NCBI GenBank assembly: GCA_963724325.1
Contig: CAVRUH010000011.1
Coordinates: 33,540-97,539, forward strand
Direction: 5' to 3'
Length of the DNA stretch: 64,000 bases
Source: Waddliaceae bacterium
GTDB lineage: Bacteria; Chlamydiota; Chlamydiia; Chlamydiales; Waddliaceae
Positions 37,301-46,199 of the stretch are shown here, in pieces. Below the pieces are notes generated by a model, which saw only the letters and a list, made by a program, of their open reading frames with translations, ran no database searches and was not told the DNA's origin. The position numbers and the translations under genes were made by a program. The stretch's first letter is position 1. The number at the start of each line of letters is the position of its first letter.

Positions 37301-38884
37301 TTCAGTAAGACATCTCGCATTTGATATAATGGCCTGAGTAGCTTGTTCAAATTCTCGCATGATCATTTCACGTGTACTCGTTGGCATTCCACCATTTACG
37401 TGATACGTACTAAAATTATCGAGGTAGGCTCCAGCCCCCTCTTCCGATCTAGAAGTGAATGACTTTGCTGAATCAACAGAGCTGTGGAAGGTGAATATTT
37501 GCTTCACGTTGAACTTTTCAATAGCTGCCTTTAGAGCAAAAATCCGCGCAATCTGATTAGCTTTAATGACGTCACCATTAACAATGACCTCTCCTCGCTT
37601 TAATAGATCTCTCGTAATGGTTTCATCCGTCACAATTGAAATGATAATCTTATAAGGACATATAATCCCCTTAGCTGCAGCAGAAGCAAAGGAAAGTTTA
37701 TGAGAAGTTGTCCCATAAATTTCGGGATTATCCATGGAACAAACAAGACGGAGATTGCCTTCTCTATCTTTTTTCTTTATATCATAATGTTTTGGAGTTG
37801 CCGTGAGAAATAAGCGCTTCTGAATCAAAAAATTTTCATTTTTTAAGGCGAATCCAAAAGTCGTCCCATCTCTTCCAGTCGTTTTGTGAGCCTCATCGAA
37901 TATTCCCAAATCAAATGAATATCCAGTAGGTAACCCCTGAGCAAGGACTTTCGAAGAATGGTATGTGGAAAAAATTATTTTACGCTTGTTCGTCTTGTTT
38001 TGAAGGAATAAATGAATATCCTCGCTTGAAGTCGTTACAGGAAAATCTAGATCTGTTTGATTAAGTACAATTTCATCAATTCCCTTGACCACACTTTTAT
38101 CTGAACATACACAAAGAAATGAATAATCTTGCCAAATCGTCTCTTTCATCCACTCATGTAACATTTGTCTGATTAAAGAAAGAGAGGGAACTAGAACAAC
38201 GATAGAGTCAACATTCAATCTTTCTGCAAGCCAAAGAGAAAGCAAGGTTTTTCCTGTTGCACAGGCCATCACTGCAGTAGTACGATTATTGATTTCTAAT
38301 GTGGAAATAATTGTTGCAAGCGCTTCTTCTTGGTGTGGAAAAGGCGTTTTTCTTTGATATACGATGGTTCCGCTTTTGAGCCATTCTTCAATGCCCTGAA
38401 AATCATCTTTCGTAAGAGAATCTAAATCATTGCCTTTTATCACATAAAAGTCTGTTCGATCCTGCATTAAGGCCGGAAGATCACAAGAGTTTGTAAAAAG
38501 AACACGCTTATGGACACGGTCACTCATTCCCATAAAAGTAGAGAGTTCTTCCCAAGTCAAGTTTGTGCGATTGGAGCGAAATTTAACCTGATAAGCATGA
38601 TAATGGCCTTCTTTAGTGAGAACGACACCGTCGATACCCATATCCTTTTTAAAAAGTCCTAAGGTATCACGTAAACTAATAGGCACTTCCTTATCTGGCC
38701 ATACATCAGAAGCTTGAGCTATTTTTTGCGTTGAAAAGTATGCCTCTGCAAAAACTTCAAAAGCATCACCGCGTTCATGTTCTGGTAATTTTGAAATTCT
38801 ATTTTCCAACTGATTAAAAGTACGAATGTCTTTAAAAAGTTCTCTATCAACAAACTTCTTAGTCTTTGAATGCTTTGGTTTCAT
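34307..38884 (-). CDS. Mrr-like nuclease + SF2 helicase + 13 helicase-associated (HA) repeats
   Basis: GDAFE, DMGIDG...YQVK (PD-QxK nuclease); MACATGKT, FDEAH, TATP and QAAGRAMR (helicase); 13 repeats of about 67 aa, W-x2-M-x3-L...GHCNVP...WV-x2-QR...LGFVW. Confidence 0.9.
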   Translation of the reverse strand: MKPKHSKTKKFVDRELFKDIRTFNQLENRISKLPEHERGDAFEVFAEAYFSTQKIAQASDVWPDKEVPISLRDTLGLFKKDMGIDGVVLTKEGHYHAYQVKFRSNRTNLTWEELSTFMGMSDRVHKRVLFTNSCDLPALMQDRTDFYVIKGNDLDSLTKDDFQGIEEWLKSGTIVYQRKTPFPHQEEALATIISTLEINNRTTAVMACATGKTLLSLWLAERLNVDSIVVLVPSLSLIRQMLHEWMKETIWQDYSFLCVCSDKSVVKGIDEIVLNQTDLDFPVTTSSEDIHLFLQNKTNKRKIIFSTYHSSKVLAQGLPTGYSFDLGIFDEAHKTTGRDGTTFGFALKNENFLIQKRLFLTATPKHYDIKKKDREGNLRLVCSMDNPEIYGTTSHKLSFASAAAKGIICPYKIIISIVTDETITRDLLKRGEVIVNGDVIKANQIARIFALKAAIEKFNVKQIFTFHSSVDSAKSFTSRSEEGAGAYLDNFSTYHVNGGMPTSTREMIMREFEQATQAIISNARCLTEGVNVPAVDMVVFMSPKKSRVDIVQAAGRAMRKARDKQFGYILLPIHLQTAKDEHLESALESTQFEEVWDVLEAMLEQDEELAEIIQQMREDIGNKGRFDDSRLRERLEFIGPELEINFLRQTITTILVDKLSSSWDERYGELLQFKEKYGHCNVPDTFLENPKLGSWVGIQRSYFKKNKLSKDKIEKLNKICFVWNPFDAAWYEMFNALCEFKQSTGHLDVWMASVRNERLCTWVQKQRQNYSKSKLALNYIKKLEEIGFVWNPLIVAWVEMFFELNKFKQEYGHCNVKQKYPSNPQLATWVNTQRAQYKEGKCLPERIKMLEDLGFVWDTNIAAWENMFLELCKFKDKFEHCNVPTKYPENPRLATWVTTQRSDYKDGRMASHRRERLEKIGFEWNTNESAWEKMYTALVQFKKDMGHCNVPPKYKNRQLGSWVAHQREAFRQNALDNQRVNRLEELGFIFDPLNALWDEIYNELVEYKNANGHCNVPKEYSDNPRLGAWVSKQRLQQSKGKLSTYRFDKLNQLDFTWNTLHSFWEEMFLELCKFKQENGHCNVPRGYEKSPKLATWVSVQRNVFKKNKISKERLEKLTQLGFVWDPNKNAWEEMFSELCKFKNENGHCSVPKDYERVPSLGNWVSIQRRDYKKRVLSKERAEKLTNLGFVWDPYCDQWEAMFAELLHYKSENGHCNVSQKSEKNLELAQWIGRQRNAHKKGILLLERIVRLEQLGLTWNVINDAWEEMYNALVEFKNSSGHCNVPQYFPENPKLGGWVSHQRDHYRQEILLDERITKLQAIGFCWEPNNTIREEMFKALCAFKTVNGHCNIPSTSELSQLARWVVRQRTSFRNGTICPKLKKKLFEIGFNWEPFANSWEEMFDALCKFQEENKHCNVPAKYHQNIKLGRWVNRQRQSYRNGRLSQEYTERLEKLGFVWDPLSDMWESMYLKLCELKRTKGSANVTKKDDEQKLLAWVNWQRYSYKKGKLSDEYVFKLDNLGVCLD

Positions 38885-38904
38885 GCGTCACTTCTTATAA
38901 AAAA

Positions 38905-39510
38905 TTAATTACTAAAAATAAGAGAAATGTTTTTATTGATTTCATTTCGAAATTCTTCTGTGATTTCAAAAACATCCTGAATAATATTTATTTTCTCAAA
39001 CTGCTCAGCAACGCTTTTTTCTACTTCTATATTCTCTAAAATCGGCACGTGTGTGTTTAGAGATTCCTCTAGTTTAGCTTTTGCGCGCTTGAAAGTATTC
39101 CTGGCTATTTGTTCATAATGAGAAGCAAACTTTTTAGGATTATTTTTATCTAAATGAGGGGGGTGATTTAGCATTCCCATTCCCCTGCTATTTTCATTCC
39201 CTAAGAACGTGTAGAAAAAACCATCAAAAGATAGTTTGACGGATTTGCGAGCTACTCGCTTTTCTGTTTCTCCATATTTCGGAGAAGCAATGATCAGAGA
39301 GCCGCTGCCAGTGTTTGTATTAACTTGATTACCATTACCTTTAATAGCAACCGCAGCGGTATTTAGACCTTTATTTGCTTGAGCAATTAAAACGTCTCCT
39401 TTTTTACTTTTTGCAGTGACTTCTGTTTTATTTCGAACGTACTTAATTGTAAGTGGAAGTGCTATTGTTAAAGCTATAGCTCCAAGACTAAAAGTGATGG
39501 CCCAATCCAT
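38905..39510 (-). CDS. Hypothetical protein with N-terminal TM helix
   Basis: 201-aa ORF, hydrophobic residues 3-22, ends 20 nt before the helicase start. Confidence 0.7.
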   Translation of the reverse strand: MDWAITFSLGAIALTIALPLTIKYVRNKTEVTAKSKKGDVLIAQANKGLNTAAVAIKGNGNQVNTNTGSGSLIIASPKYGETEKRVARKSVKLSFDGFFYTFLGNENSRGMGMLNHPPHLDKNNPKKFASHYEQIARNTFKRAKAKLEESLNTHVPILENIEVEKSVAEQFEKINIIQDVFEITEEFRNEINKNISLIFSN

Positions 39511-39731
39511 GGTAGATCCCTGTGTTAATATTTACGAATGAAGTGTATTTTGCATTTATTAAATATTTAAGTAAACGCAAATCTTCCGTCTATGCTATAA
39601 AGGTCTGAAAAGACCTCTATGGTATGACTCTGATTGGATTGCTGTATTGCTTGCTTATTAAAAAAGTAGATTCAAGACATACGTAAAATGGTTTTTAGGA
39701 TCGAATTTCAAAAAACATTGAAAAGGAAAAT

Positions 39732-40682
39732 ATGACCGAGCCTTTAAAAAAGCATCTTTTAGTAACCTTCAAAGGGATAAACTATGTCTTAGGAACTTTC
39801 AGTTTTAATATTAAAGAGGAGCAATTTATCTATCGGTTTTCATATCCCAATGGTCCGCAGAGGCACCTTAATGTAGATACAGGTGAGTTTACCGAGCCTT
39901 ATGATCACATAACTTGGCATAAGAATCTTGTTCACATGAAAAGAGGGAAGGACATCGTTGAGGAATTTGTATATCAACAAGGACCGTTGATTTGCGGAAC
40001 CGACTATATCTCGCCTCTTATGATTGAAACAATAAAGTTAAGCGAATCACCTTGCCTTGCAAGAGAAAATGAGTTTCCTTTTTGGAAGAATGCTGATCGT
40101 GAACACATTTTTACGATTGAACCTGACGGGTATTTTAGTACGATTTTATTTTTAGTTCCCGCAAACATGCCAACCGCTAAAGCATTGGATTGTTTTTGGC
40201 GGGACATAAAAACACAGTCCGGTGATATTCTGGACCGCACATATGTAAGAAATCTCTGCGACGGTTCCCATAGTACTCCTCGCTTTAAAGTTTGGACAGC
40301 ATATGACGTTCTATTGGTTTGCTCTCCCTATTGTCAGCGGCCAACAAATGTTCCCCCCGAAATTGGAGATAGCTATCGTATTCCTAACTACAAACATCCT
40401 GACAAGGCGCTTAAAGAGTTGATATTGCATAGACAATCAGAAAAATGTTCAACTTTCATTCGAAGCCGGAAAGTTATTTGGCTGACGCCTCCGCTTCAAA
40501 TTCGCCAACATCCAATGTTTCCCTTTCTTTGGGCAGAAAGAGCGGAAAAGCTTACAAAATTACATAAAGTTATGAATATTTTCCACACTCCCCCTTGGAA
40601 CCCCCTCAGGCATTGCCTTTATTGTTCTATTTATATGAAGGAGGTAAAGAAAGAGGGGAAAAGCAGCGTAAAATGCTGCTAA
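39732..40682 (+). CDS. Hypothetical protein
   Basis: 316-aa ORF with AAGGA upstream; no motif recognised. Confidence 0.7.
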   Translation: MTEPLKKHLLVTFKGINYVLGTFSFNIKEEQFIYRFSYPNGPQRHLNVDTGEFTEPYDHITWHKNLVHMKRGKDIVEEFVYQQGPLICGTDYISPLMIETIKLSESPCLARENEFPFWKNADREHIFTIEPDGYFSTILFLVPANMPTAKALDCFWRDIKTQSGDILDRTYVRNLCDGSHSTPRFKVWTAYDVLLVCSPYCQRPTNVPPEIGDSYRIPNYKHPDKALKELILHRQSEKCSTFIRSRKVIWLTPPLQIRQHPMFPFLWAERAEKLTKLHKVMNIFHTPPWNPLRHCLYCSIYMKEVKKEGKSSVKCC

Positions 40683-40803
40683 ACAGCCTTTTTATAGATC
40701 TTTGATCCTTTACCTCGCTCATCAGCAAGTGAAGATTCCATTTTTATAAAAGGTTCAAGCTTATAGATCTTGCGCATTCCCTCGACAAAATGGTTCGATA
40801 ATT

Positions 40804-41130
40804 GTCCGGTCATCGGCAATTCACCGGACAAACTCTCTTCAAAGAGGATTTGTCCGGTTTTTTCATTTTCTAACACCTTATTTCTCTGTAGGATAAGTGC
40901 AAGCGCCGGGTTCAATGGGGTGGTTCGATAACTGTCTTCCCGAAAATGCAATTTTGCGGAGAATATCTAACCAAGTAGCTTTTGTTTAATTTCCACATTA
41001 GCATTCATATAAAACCCCCTCAAATTGCTCAACAGCTGAATACCAAAGCGGCAATATTTCAAGAATCCAGTTTCACTGGTTTCCTGCAATTCAATCTTCT
41101 TGCGTAAGATAACGATCTCTTCTTTCAATT
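40804..41130 (-). pseudogene. 3' remnant of a second, related serine recombinase
   Basis: 327 bp homologous to 31093-31419 (first 71 nt identical); in-frame TAG at 40967-40969; homology stops abruptly at 41130. Confidence 0.9.
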
Positions 41131-41177
41131 ATGGTCACTATTTTCACCAATTTTTTGAAGCTCTAAGCAATGTTTTT

Positions 41178-42284
41178 CTATTTAATAGAATTTAAAAAAT
41201 CTTCACTTGTTTTAGCCATGTTTAACATCAAATCATAATCTTGTTGGGAAATTTTCAGTTCTCTGTTAATGGTTTCAATTTTATATTGATAAAGGAATGT
41301 CCGTAACATCGCTGCTTTTAAAATTTTTGGTGAATTCGATTGAAACACAAGAGTATATAGTTGAACCATTAAGTCTGTAATGTTCTCAAAGGATGCACTA
41401 TTGATGTTCCCTAAAATGATTTCTAACTCAATTTGAGCTGCCTGATGAATGTCAAAACACCAGTTCCTTTGTTTAGCAATTGATTGATACGCCTTTTCTA
41501 AATAAGGCAAAACTTCTTTTTGCAGCATATCTGTGGAGTGTGATCCAACCGCTTCAATTCGATTTAAAGCGTTCATATAAGCCTCTTTAACTGGTTGAGG
41601 ATCTTGAACACCAAAAAAATACGCTATTTGTGCTTCAAAGGTTTCTAACTTATCTTTTTCAAACATTGGAAAATCCCTGTAACTAGAAGGTGAATTATCT
41701 CTTTTTTGGATATCCTGTATCTCGAATCTTAAACAATTTTCTCCTTTTGGCCCCAAGTTGGTGCATGCATATAAATCTTCGGGGGGCAATTCATATATTG
41801 CTGGTTCCAAATGCAATAACTCTTCACATCCATTCCGATATTCAATTTTGTATGAAGCTTCTTCAAAAACAACAAGTAAGCTTTTCCAAGCATGGGAGTG
41901 AAATGGTTCTCTCTCACCTGGTGCAGCGCACCCGGCCAGTATTCGCACATATGGAGTTTCAAAAATAACGGGATGAAATTTAGTTGCTTGAATCACTCCA
42001 TCATCATGTGATAGATGGGTTAAATCTTGATCGATGGGAAATTGGATATTCTGTTCAAATGACTCTATTCTAAAATCGTCTATAAGAGAACATCCCTTCT
42101 CACCCTCAAAAAACGGTTGAAAATATTTACAGATGAAAGCTGATGTACGGGGATCAATTCCCCAACAATGTTCAAAACAGTTTTTCAGTTCTACATCTTT
42201 CGTTAAATTTAAGTCAGAGACTTCTATAGATAAAAGTCTGCTACTTGATAAGACAGCAAATAGAGTTATCCAAAAATAATTCAT
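41178..42284 (-). CDS. Putative exported protein with a cupin-like domain
   Basis: Signal-like N-terminus MNYFWITLFAVL; VRILAG...PGEREPFHSHAW cupin-like motif. Confidence 0.55.
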   Translation of the reverse strand: MNYFWITLFAVLSSSRLLSIEVSDLNLTKDVELKNCFEHCWGIDPRTSAFICKYFQPFFEGEKGCSLIDDFRIESFEQNIQFPIDQDLTHLSHDDGVIQATKFHPVIFETPYVRILAGCAAPGEREPFHSHAWKSLLVVFEEASYKIEYRNGCEELLHLEPAIYELPPEDLYACTNLGPKGENCLRFEIQDIQKRDNSPSSYRDFPMFEKDKLETFEAQIAYFFGVQDPQPVKEAYMNALNRIEAVGSHSTDMLQKEVLPYLEKAYQSIAKQRNWCFDIHQAAQIELEIILGNINSASFENITDLMVQLYTLVFQSNSPKILKAAMLRTFLYQYKIETINRELKISQQDYDLMLNMAKTSEDFLNSIK

Positions 42285-42973
42285 TTTTTCCTTTAATTTT
42301 ACCCCGTCAGGTATTTGAGAAAAAAGTTCGAGCATTGCAGGGTAATCGGGTTTGTTTGGTGAAGAGAAAGGATCTTTCGACTAACTTATCCATAATATCA
42401 CGATAACATTAATTTGCATGTTAACACAAGTGATGTTATCGTGCAAGAATATGATTTTCAAATAAAGTTTTGTGGTGGGCAGCATCAATATTGCCTTTGT
42501 AGTCCATAAGGTCTTGAAAAAGCACCTTTCGAAATATCGCAACAGAAGAATTTTTTGAAAATGAATTCGACTATAACTTACTTGTGATCAATTCCATTTC
42601 AGTTTGAGAATTATCAACAAATTCATGAGTACTAATTATTAACTCTAAAAGTTTTTTCATATCTTCACGCTGGGTCACTTCTAATTTGCACCAGTTATTT
42701 TCATGACGGTGAAAAAATTCAACTTTCATTTTATCGGAAAATGCCTGTTGCATTTGTTCACAACCTAATTTTTCCCTATGGGTTCCACTGTGAAATTCGG
42801 AATAAAAAAATTATTGTTTTTATAAAAAAACAACCGTGAAAAACGCTAAAAGACTATTAAGACAAACGTTTAGAATAAAAAAACTTTATCGATGTTTTTT
42901 ACCGCTTATCTATGTTGACAAATTGAGGCTAACCTGATAAATTTAGTGGCAAAATCGTAAAAAAAGGTGATTA

Positions 42974-44077
42974 ATGAAAAATCTTGGTAAACTATTTGTA
43001 TTCCTGACTTTTTTAACTTTTCAATCAGCTCTGTTTTCGGTTGAGAAAGAACAAGTTGTGATTAATGAATGTTATCTCTCTCCTGACATTGAGGAATTTG
43101 ACTGTCATAGTTCCTGCTTGATTGAAGCCTCTCCTGGTATCCTATGTGCAGTTTGGAAAGGAGGTCCCGGCAAAGGAATGAGCAATATTGATTTAAAACA
43201 AAATGTGGGAATCTGGCTATCCTTATTTAAAAACGGTGAATGGAATGCCCCTAAACAAATTGTTGAAACTCCTAACTCTGTGTGTTGGACTCCTGTGCTC
43301 ACAAAATATCCAGATGGAAAACTAGTGCTTTTTTTCAGAGTGGGATCTGATCCTCGACATACCATTTCTCTATCTAAATATTCATTGGATGGCGGGGTCA
43401 ATTGGTCGGATACAGAAATATTACCTGCAGGTATTGTTGGACCTACAAAATCAAAACCCATTTTTGATAATAACGGAAATATGATATGCGGTTGCTCTGT
43501 TGAAGTCGGTTCTCCCGACGATGAGCTTAAAGCAACAGCTTGTTGGATTGAAATTCTCTCAAATGATAATCATTGGTCAAAATATGGACCTATTGAAATC
43601 CCTGGCAAGAGATTTGGTTGCATTGAACCCACTCTATTTTGGGGAAGCAATGGATCATTAAAATTGCTGTGTCGTGATCGCTCTAATCGAGTAGATTTGG
43701 AGGGATGGATATGGGTAGCAGAATCTTTTGATAATGGAAAAACATGGTCTGAATTAAAAAAGACCCCTTTACCAAATCCTGATGCTGGAATTGACACATT
43801 ATCTCTAAGCAATGAAAACATTCTGCTGATCTATAATGATTCACATACAGATCGATATCCCCTTACTGTAGCTCTATCAAACGATAATGGAAATTCGTGG
43901 ATTCCTCTTTTGGATCTTGAAAGTGAATCTGGAGAATTTCCATCCGCAACATTAGACTCACAAGGCCTTGTTCATGTTTCTTATGCACACATTCCTACTG
44001 GAAAAACACAAAGGCGTATTAAGCATGTTGTTATAGATCTTAACAACATATTGTGTCCAATGAGATACAAAAAATGA
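42974..44077 (+). CDS. Exported sialidase-family / BNR-repeat protein
   Basis: Signal peptide; Asp-boxes SLDGGVNWS, SFDNGKTWS and SNDNGNSW; LPNPDAGID. Confidence 0.85.
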   Translation: MKNLGKLFVFLTFLTFQSALFSVEKEQVVINECYLSPDIEEFDCHSSCLIEASPGILCAVWKGGPGKGMSNIDLKQNVGIWLSLFKNGEWNAPKQIVETPNSVCWTPVLTKYPDGKLVLFFRVGSDPRHTISLSKYSLDGGVNWSDTEILPAGIVGPTKSKPIFDNNGNMICGCSVEVGSPDDELKATACWIEILSNDNHWSKYGPIEIPGKRFGCIEPTLFWGSNGSLKLLCRDRSNRVDLEGWIWVAESFDNGKTWSELKKTPLPNPDAGIDTLSLSNENILLIYNDSHTDRYPLTVALSNDNGNSWIPLLDLESESGEFPSATLDSQGLVHVSYAHIPTGKTQRRIKHVVIDLNNILCPMRYKK

Positions 44078-44216
44078 CAGATGGGAAATTTATCGACTTG
44101 AAGGCAGACCACGCCCCATCAGTTACTTTGTAACACCTTAAAGAGATTTAATGTAGATATTTACCTTGATTTTTATATGTTGCTTGTCTATGAATTTAAA
44201 CGTTTAAGGAGAAACT

Positions 44217-44837
44217 ATGGAGAATGTATATCTAAACGAAACGAGTTTTCCAATTGTCAGAAATAACTATGTGGTTATTTCTGGGTGTTCAGGCGGAGGA
44301 AAGTCTTCTCTCTTGTCTGAATTTGTAATTAGGGGTTTCGCTGTTGTCCTTGAACCTGGGCGGCAAATAGTAAAGGAACAAAACGTGATCGAAGGAGATG
44401 CCCTGCCATGGACCAATCCTCAAAAGTTTCTTGATCTCGCATTATCGCGTTCTTTATATCAATATAATTCTCAAGAAAAGTCACAGCAATTTGTCTTTTT
44501 TGATCGCGGAATTATCGATGCCCTCCAGCTAGATCAACCTCAGCCAGCATATTTTCAAAATGCAGCTCATAAGTTTAGGTATAATCGCGTAGCCTTTCTA
44601 GTACCCCCCTGGAAAGAGATTTTTGTAAACGATGCAGAGCGAAAGTATAGTTTTGAATCATCAAAGAAAGAGTTTGATGAACTCCTTATCAAATACAAGA
44701 CTTTTGGTTATGAAACAGTGATTCTCCCTAAAGTTTCTGTAAAAGAAAGAGTCGACTTCATTCTCAAAAAACTTGAAGCTTCAAATGCAAAGCAAATGCA
44801 AATTGACGGTAAAATCGATAATGGCTTATCTACTTGA
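44217..44837 (+). CDS. Predicted P-loop ATPase (AAA_28 type)
   Basis: ISGCSGGGKSS, EPGR, FFDRGIID and PPWKEIF motifs. Confidence 0.85.
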   Translation: MENVYLNETSFPIVRNNYVVISGCSGGGKSSLLSEFVIRGFAVVLEPGRQIVKEQNVIEGDALPWTNPQKFLDLALSRSLYQYNSQEKSQQFVFFDRGIIDALQLDQPQPAYFQNAAHKFRYNRVAFLVPPWKEIFVNDAERKYSFESSKKEFDELLIKYKTFGYETVILPKVSVKERVDFILKKLEASNAKQMQIDGKIDNGLST

Positions 44838-44855
44838 AAACAGGGTTAGCGCTAT

Positions 44856-45059
44856 TTATGCCCATATATAGCCATCTTGGTAACTTCCATCTCGATTTCG
44901 AACTGATTGTGGTATTGTGCCGATAATGTTAAACCCAAGTTTTTCATAAAGTCTAATGGCGAGAATATTTTTACTGAGTACCATATTAAATTGCATTGCA
45001 AGGAATCCAAGATCTTTAGCAAAATGCAGAGATGCTTTAACTAAAAGAGATCCAATCCC
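44856..45059 (-). pseudogene. C-terminal half of a GNAT acetyltransferase
   Basis: Own translation: GIGSLLVKASLHFAKDLGFLAMQFNMVLSKNILAIRLYEKLGFNIIGTIP...; the N-terminal half is absent. Confidence 0.8.
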
Positions 45060-45689
45060 TTAGCTCCCTATTAAAGTATTGATGAGTAATTGAGCCAGCC
45101 ATTTCTCATATTCTTCAGATGTCCATCCTTGTTCTACCACGAACATGCGATACATATCGCGCCCAGTAAAAGCCCAGAGGATATCGCGAGCTTTCGTTGC
45201 GCTAAGTCCTTTAGCAAGGGACTTTTCTCTTACCATTGCTTTTATGGTCACTTCTTGCCGATTGTAACGGCGCATTTCTCTTTCTTTTTCAAGCTCTTTG
45301 AACTCAGGAGCCAGACATGCAGCGCCTCGAAAAATATCCATTTGCGCCCTCTCTGCATCGTACATTTGACGTGCGATTTTAGCAGAAATACAGAGGCGCT
45401 CTTTTGGCGATTTCTTCTTGTATGCTCTTTTCCACAAGGTCATCGAATTGATCTGTGAGGAAGAGCCTCATCCATTAAAGCTCGAAGCACACCACGCTTA
45501 GATTGAAAAAGGGAATAAATGGTGGGAATTGAAACGTCTGCAGCTTGAGCTATTTTTTCAATCGTTACACACTCAAATCCCTCTGATTCAAAAAGATTTT
45601 TTGCAGCAGGTAAGAATGCGACCTCTTGTTTGTGCTGCTTGTGTATTTCTGGCTGTTGACTTATAAGGTCTTTTTTTGATTTCTGACAT
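45060..45689 (-). CDS. TetR-family regulator, three apparent +1 indels
   Basis: Reconstructed MSEIKKRPYKSTARNTQAAQTRGRIL-AAKNLFESEGFECVTIEKIAQAADVSIPTIYSLFQSK...GWTSEEYEKWL. Confidence 0.82.
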
Positions 45690-45729
45690 ATTGGGTATAG
45701 CTCACTATATTTAATGTTGACATAATGGA

Positions 45730-45756
45730 TATAGTTTACTATAATCAATATTGATT
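45730..45756. promoter_or_regulatory. Candidate TetR operator palindromes
   Basis: tatagt-tt-actata adjoining the perfect palindrome aatcaatattgatt in the divergent intergenic region. Confidence 0.45.
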
Positions 45757-45781
45757 GTCAAAAAAAATCCAAAAGGAGGAG

Positions 45782-46141
45782 ATGATGATGACAGATACAA
45801 AGGCTATAGGAGTAGCTTATTATACGGCCCTTGGAGAGAAAAATATCGAAGAGGTGAAAAAATATTTGCACCCTGATATTCAATTTACCGATCCACAAGA
45901 AAAAGTAATCGGTAGAGAAGCTGTCCTTAAAGCAGCGAAAGGATTCACTGGTATTTTTAAAACTTTAACAATCCGCGCAAAATTTGGTTCAGAAAATCAA
46001 GCGATGATTGTCTATGATGTAGAAATTCCTGGCCTTGCCAAAAAATTGCATGCTGCCTCTCTGTTGAGTTTTCAAGAAGGACTCATCTCAAAGATCGAGC
46101 TTTTCTATGACTCTAAAGGCTTAGTAGGAAAGCAAGAGTAA
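45782..46141 (+). CDS. SnoaL/NTF2-like protein
   Basis: YLHPDIQFTDP...GREAV...GLISKIELFYD; AGGAGG RBS; divergent from tetR. Confidence 0.85.
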   Translation: MMMTDTKAIGVAYYTALGEKNIEEVKKYLHPDIQFTDPQEKVIGREAVLKAAKGFTGIFKTLTIRAKFGSENQAMIVYDVEIPGLAKKLHAASLLSFQEGLISKIELFYDSKGLVGKQE

Positions 46142-46199
46142 ACTTTTAACTATTTAGATACCCCCAATTCAGCAAGAAAAGGGGGTATTGAAAAAATCC

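Larger units (their letters stand above)
31093..40818. mobile_element. Genomic island integrated in tRNA-Leu (about 9.7 kb), serine-recombinase type
   Basis: tRNA 3' end gtccggtcatcggca at 31093-31107 is repeated at 40804-40818; the recombinase gene is adjacent to the tRNA. Confidence 0.9.

Noticed and set aside
40679..40951. Independent 90-aa gene
   Set aside because: It is a chimera of the dead recombinase remnant and the first island's att arm, with no real start
42399..42753. Small ORF 42571-42753 and an 11-bp inverted repeat at 42399-42443
   Set aside because: No recognisable family or second copy; probably decayed island DNA
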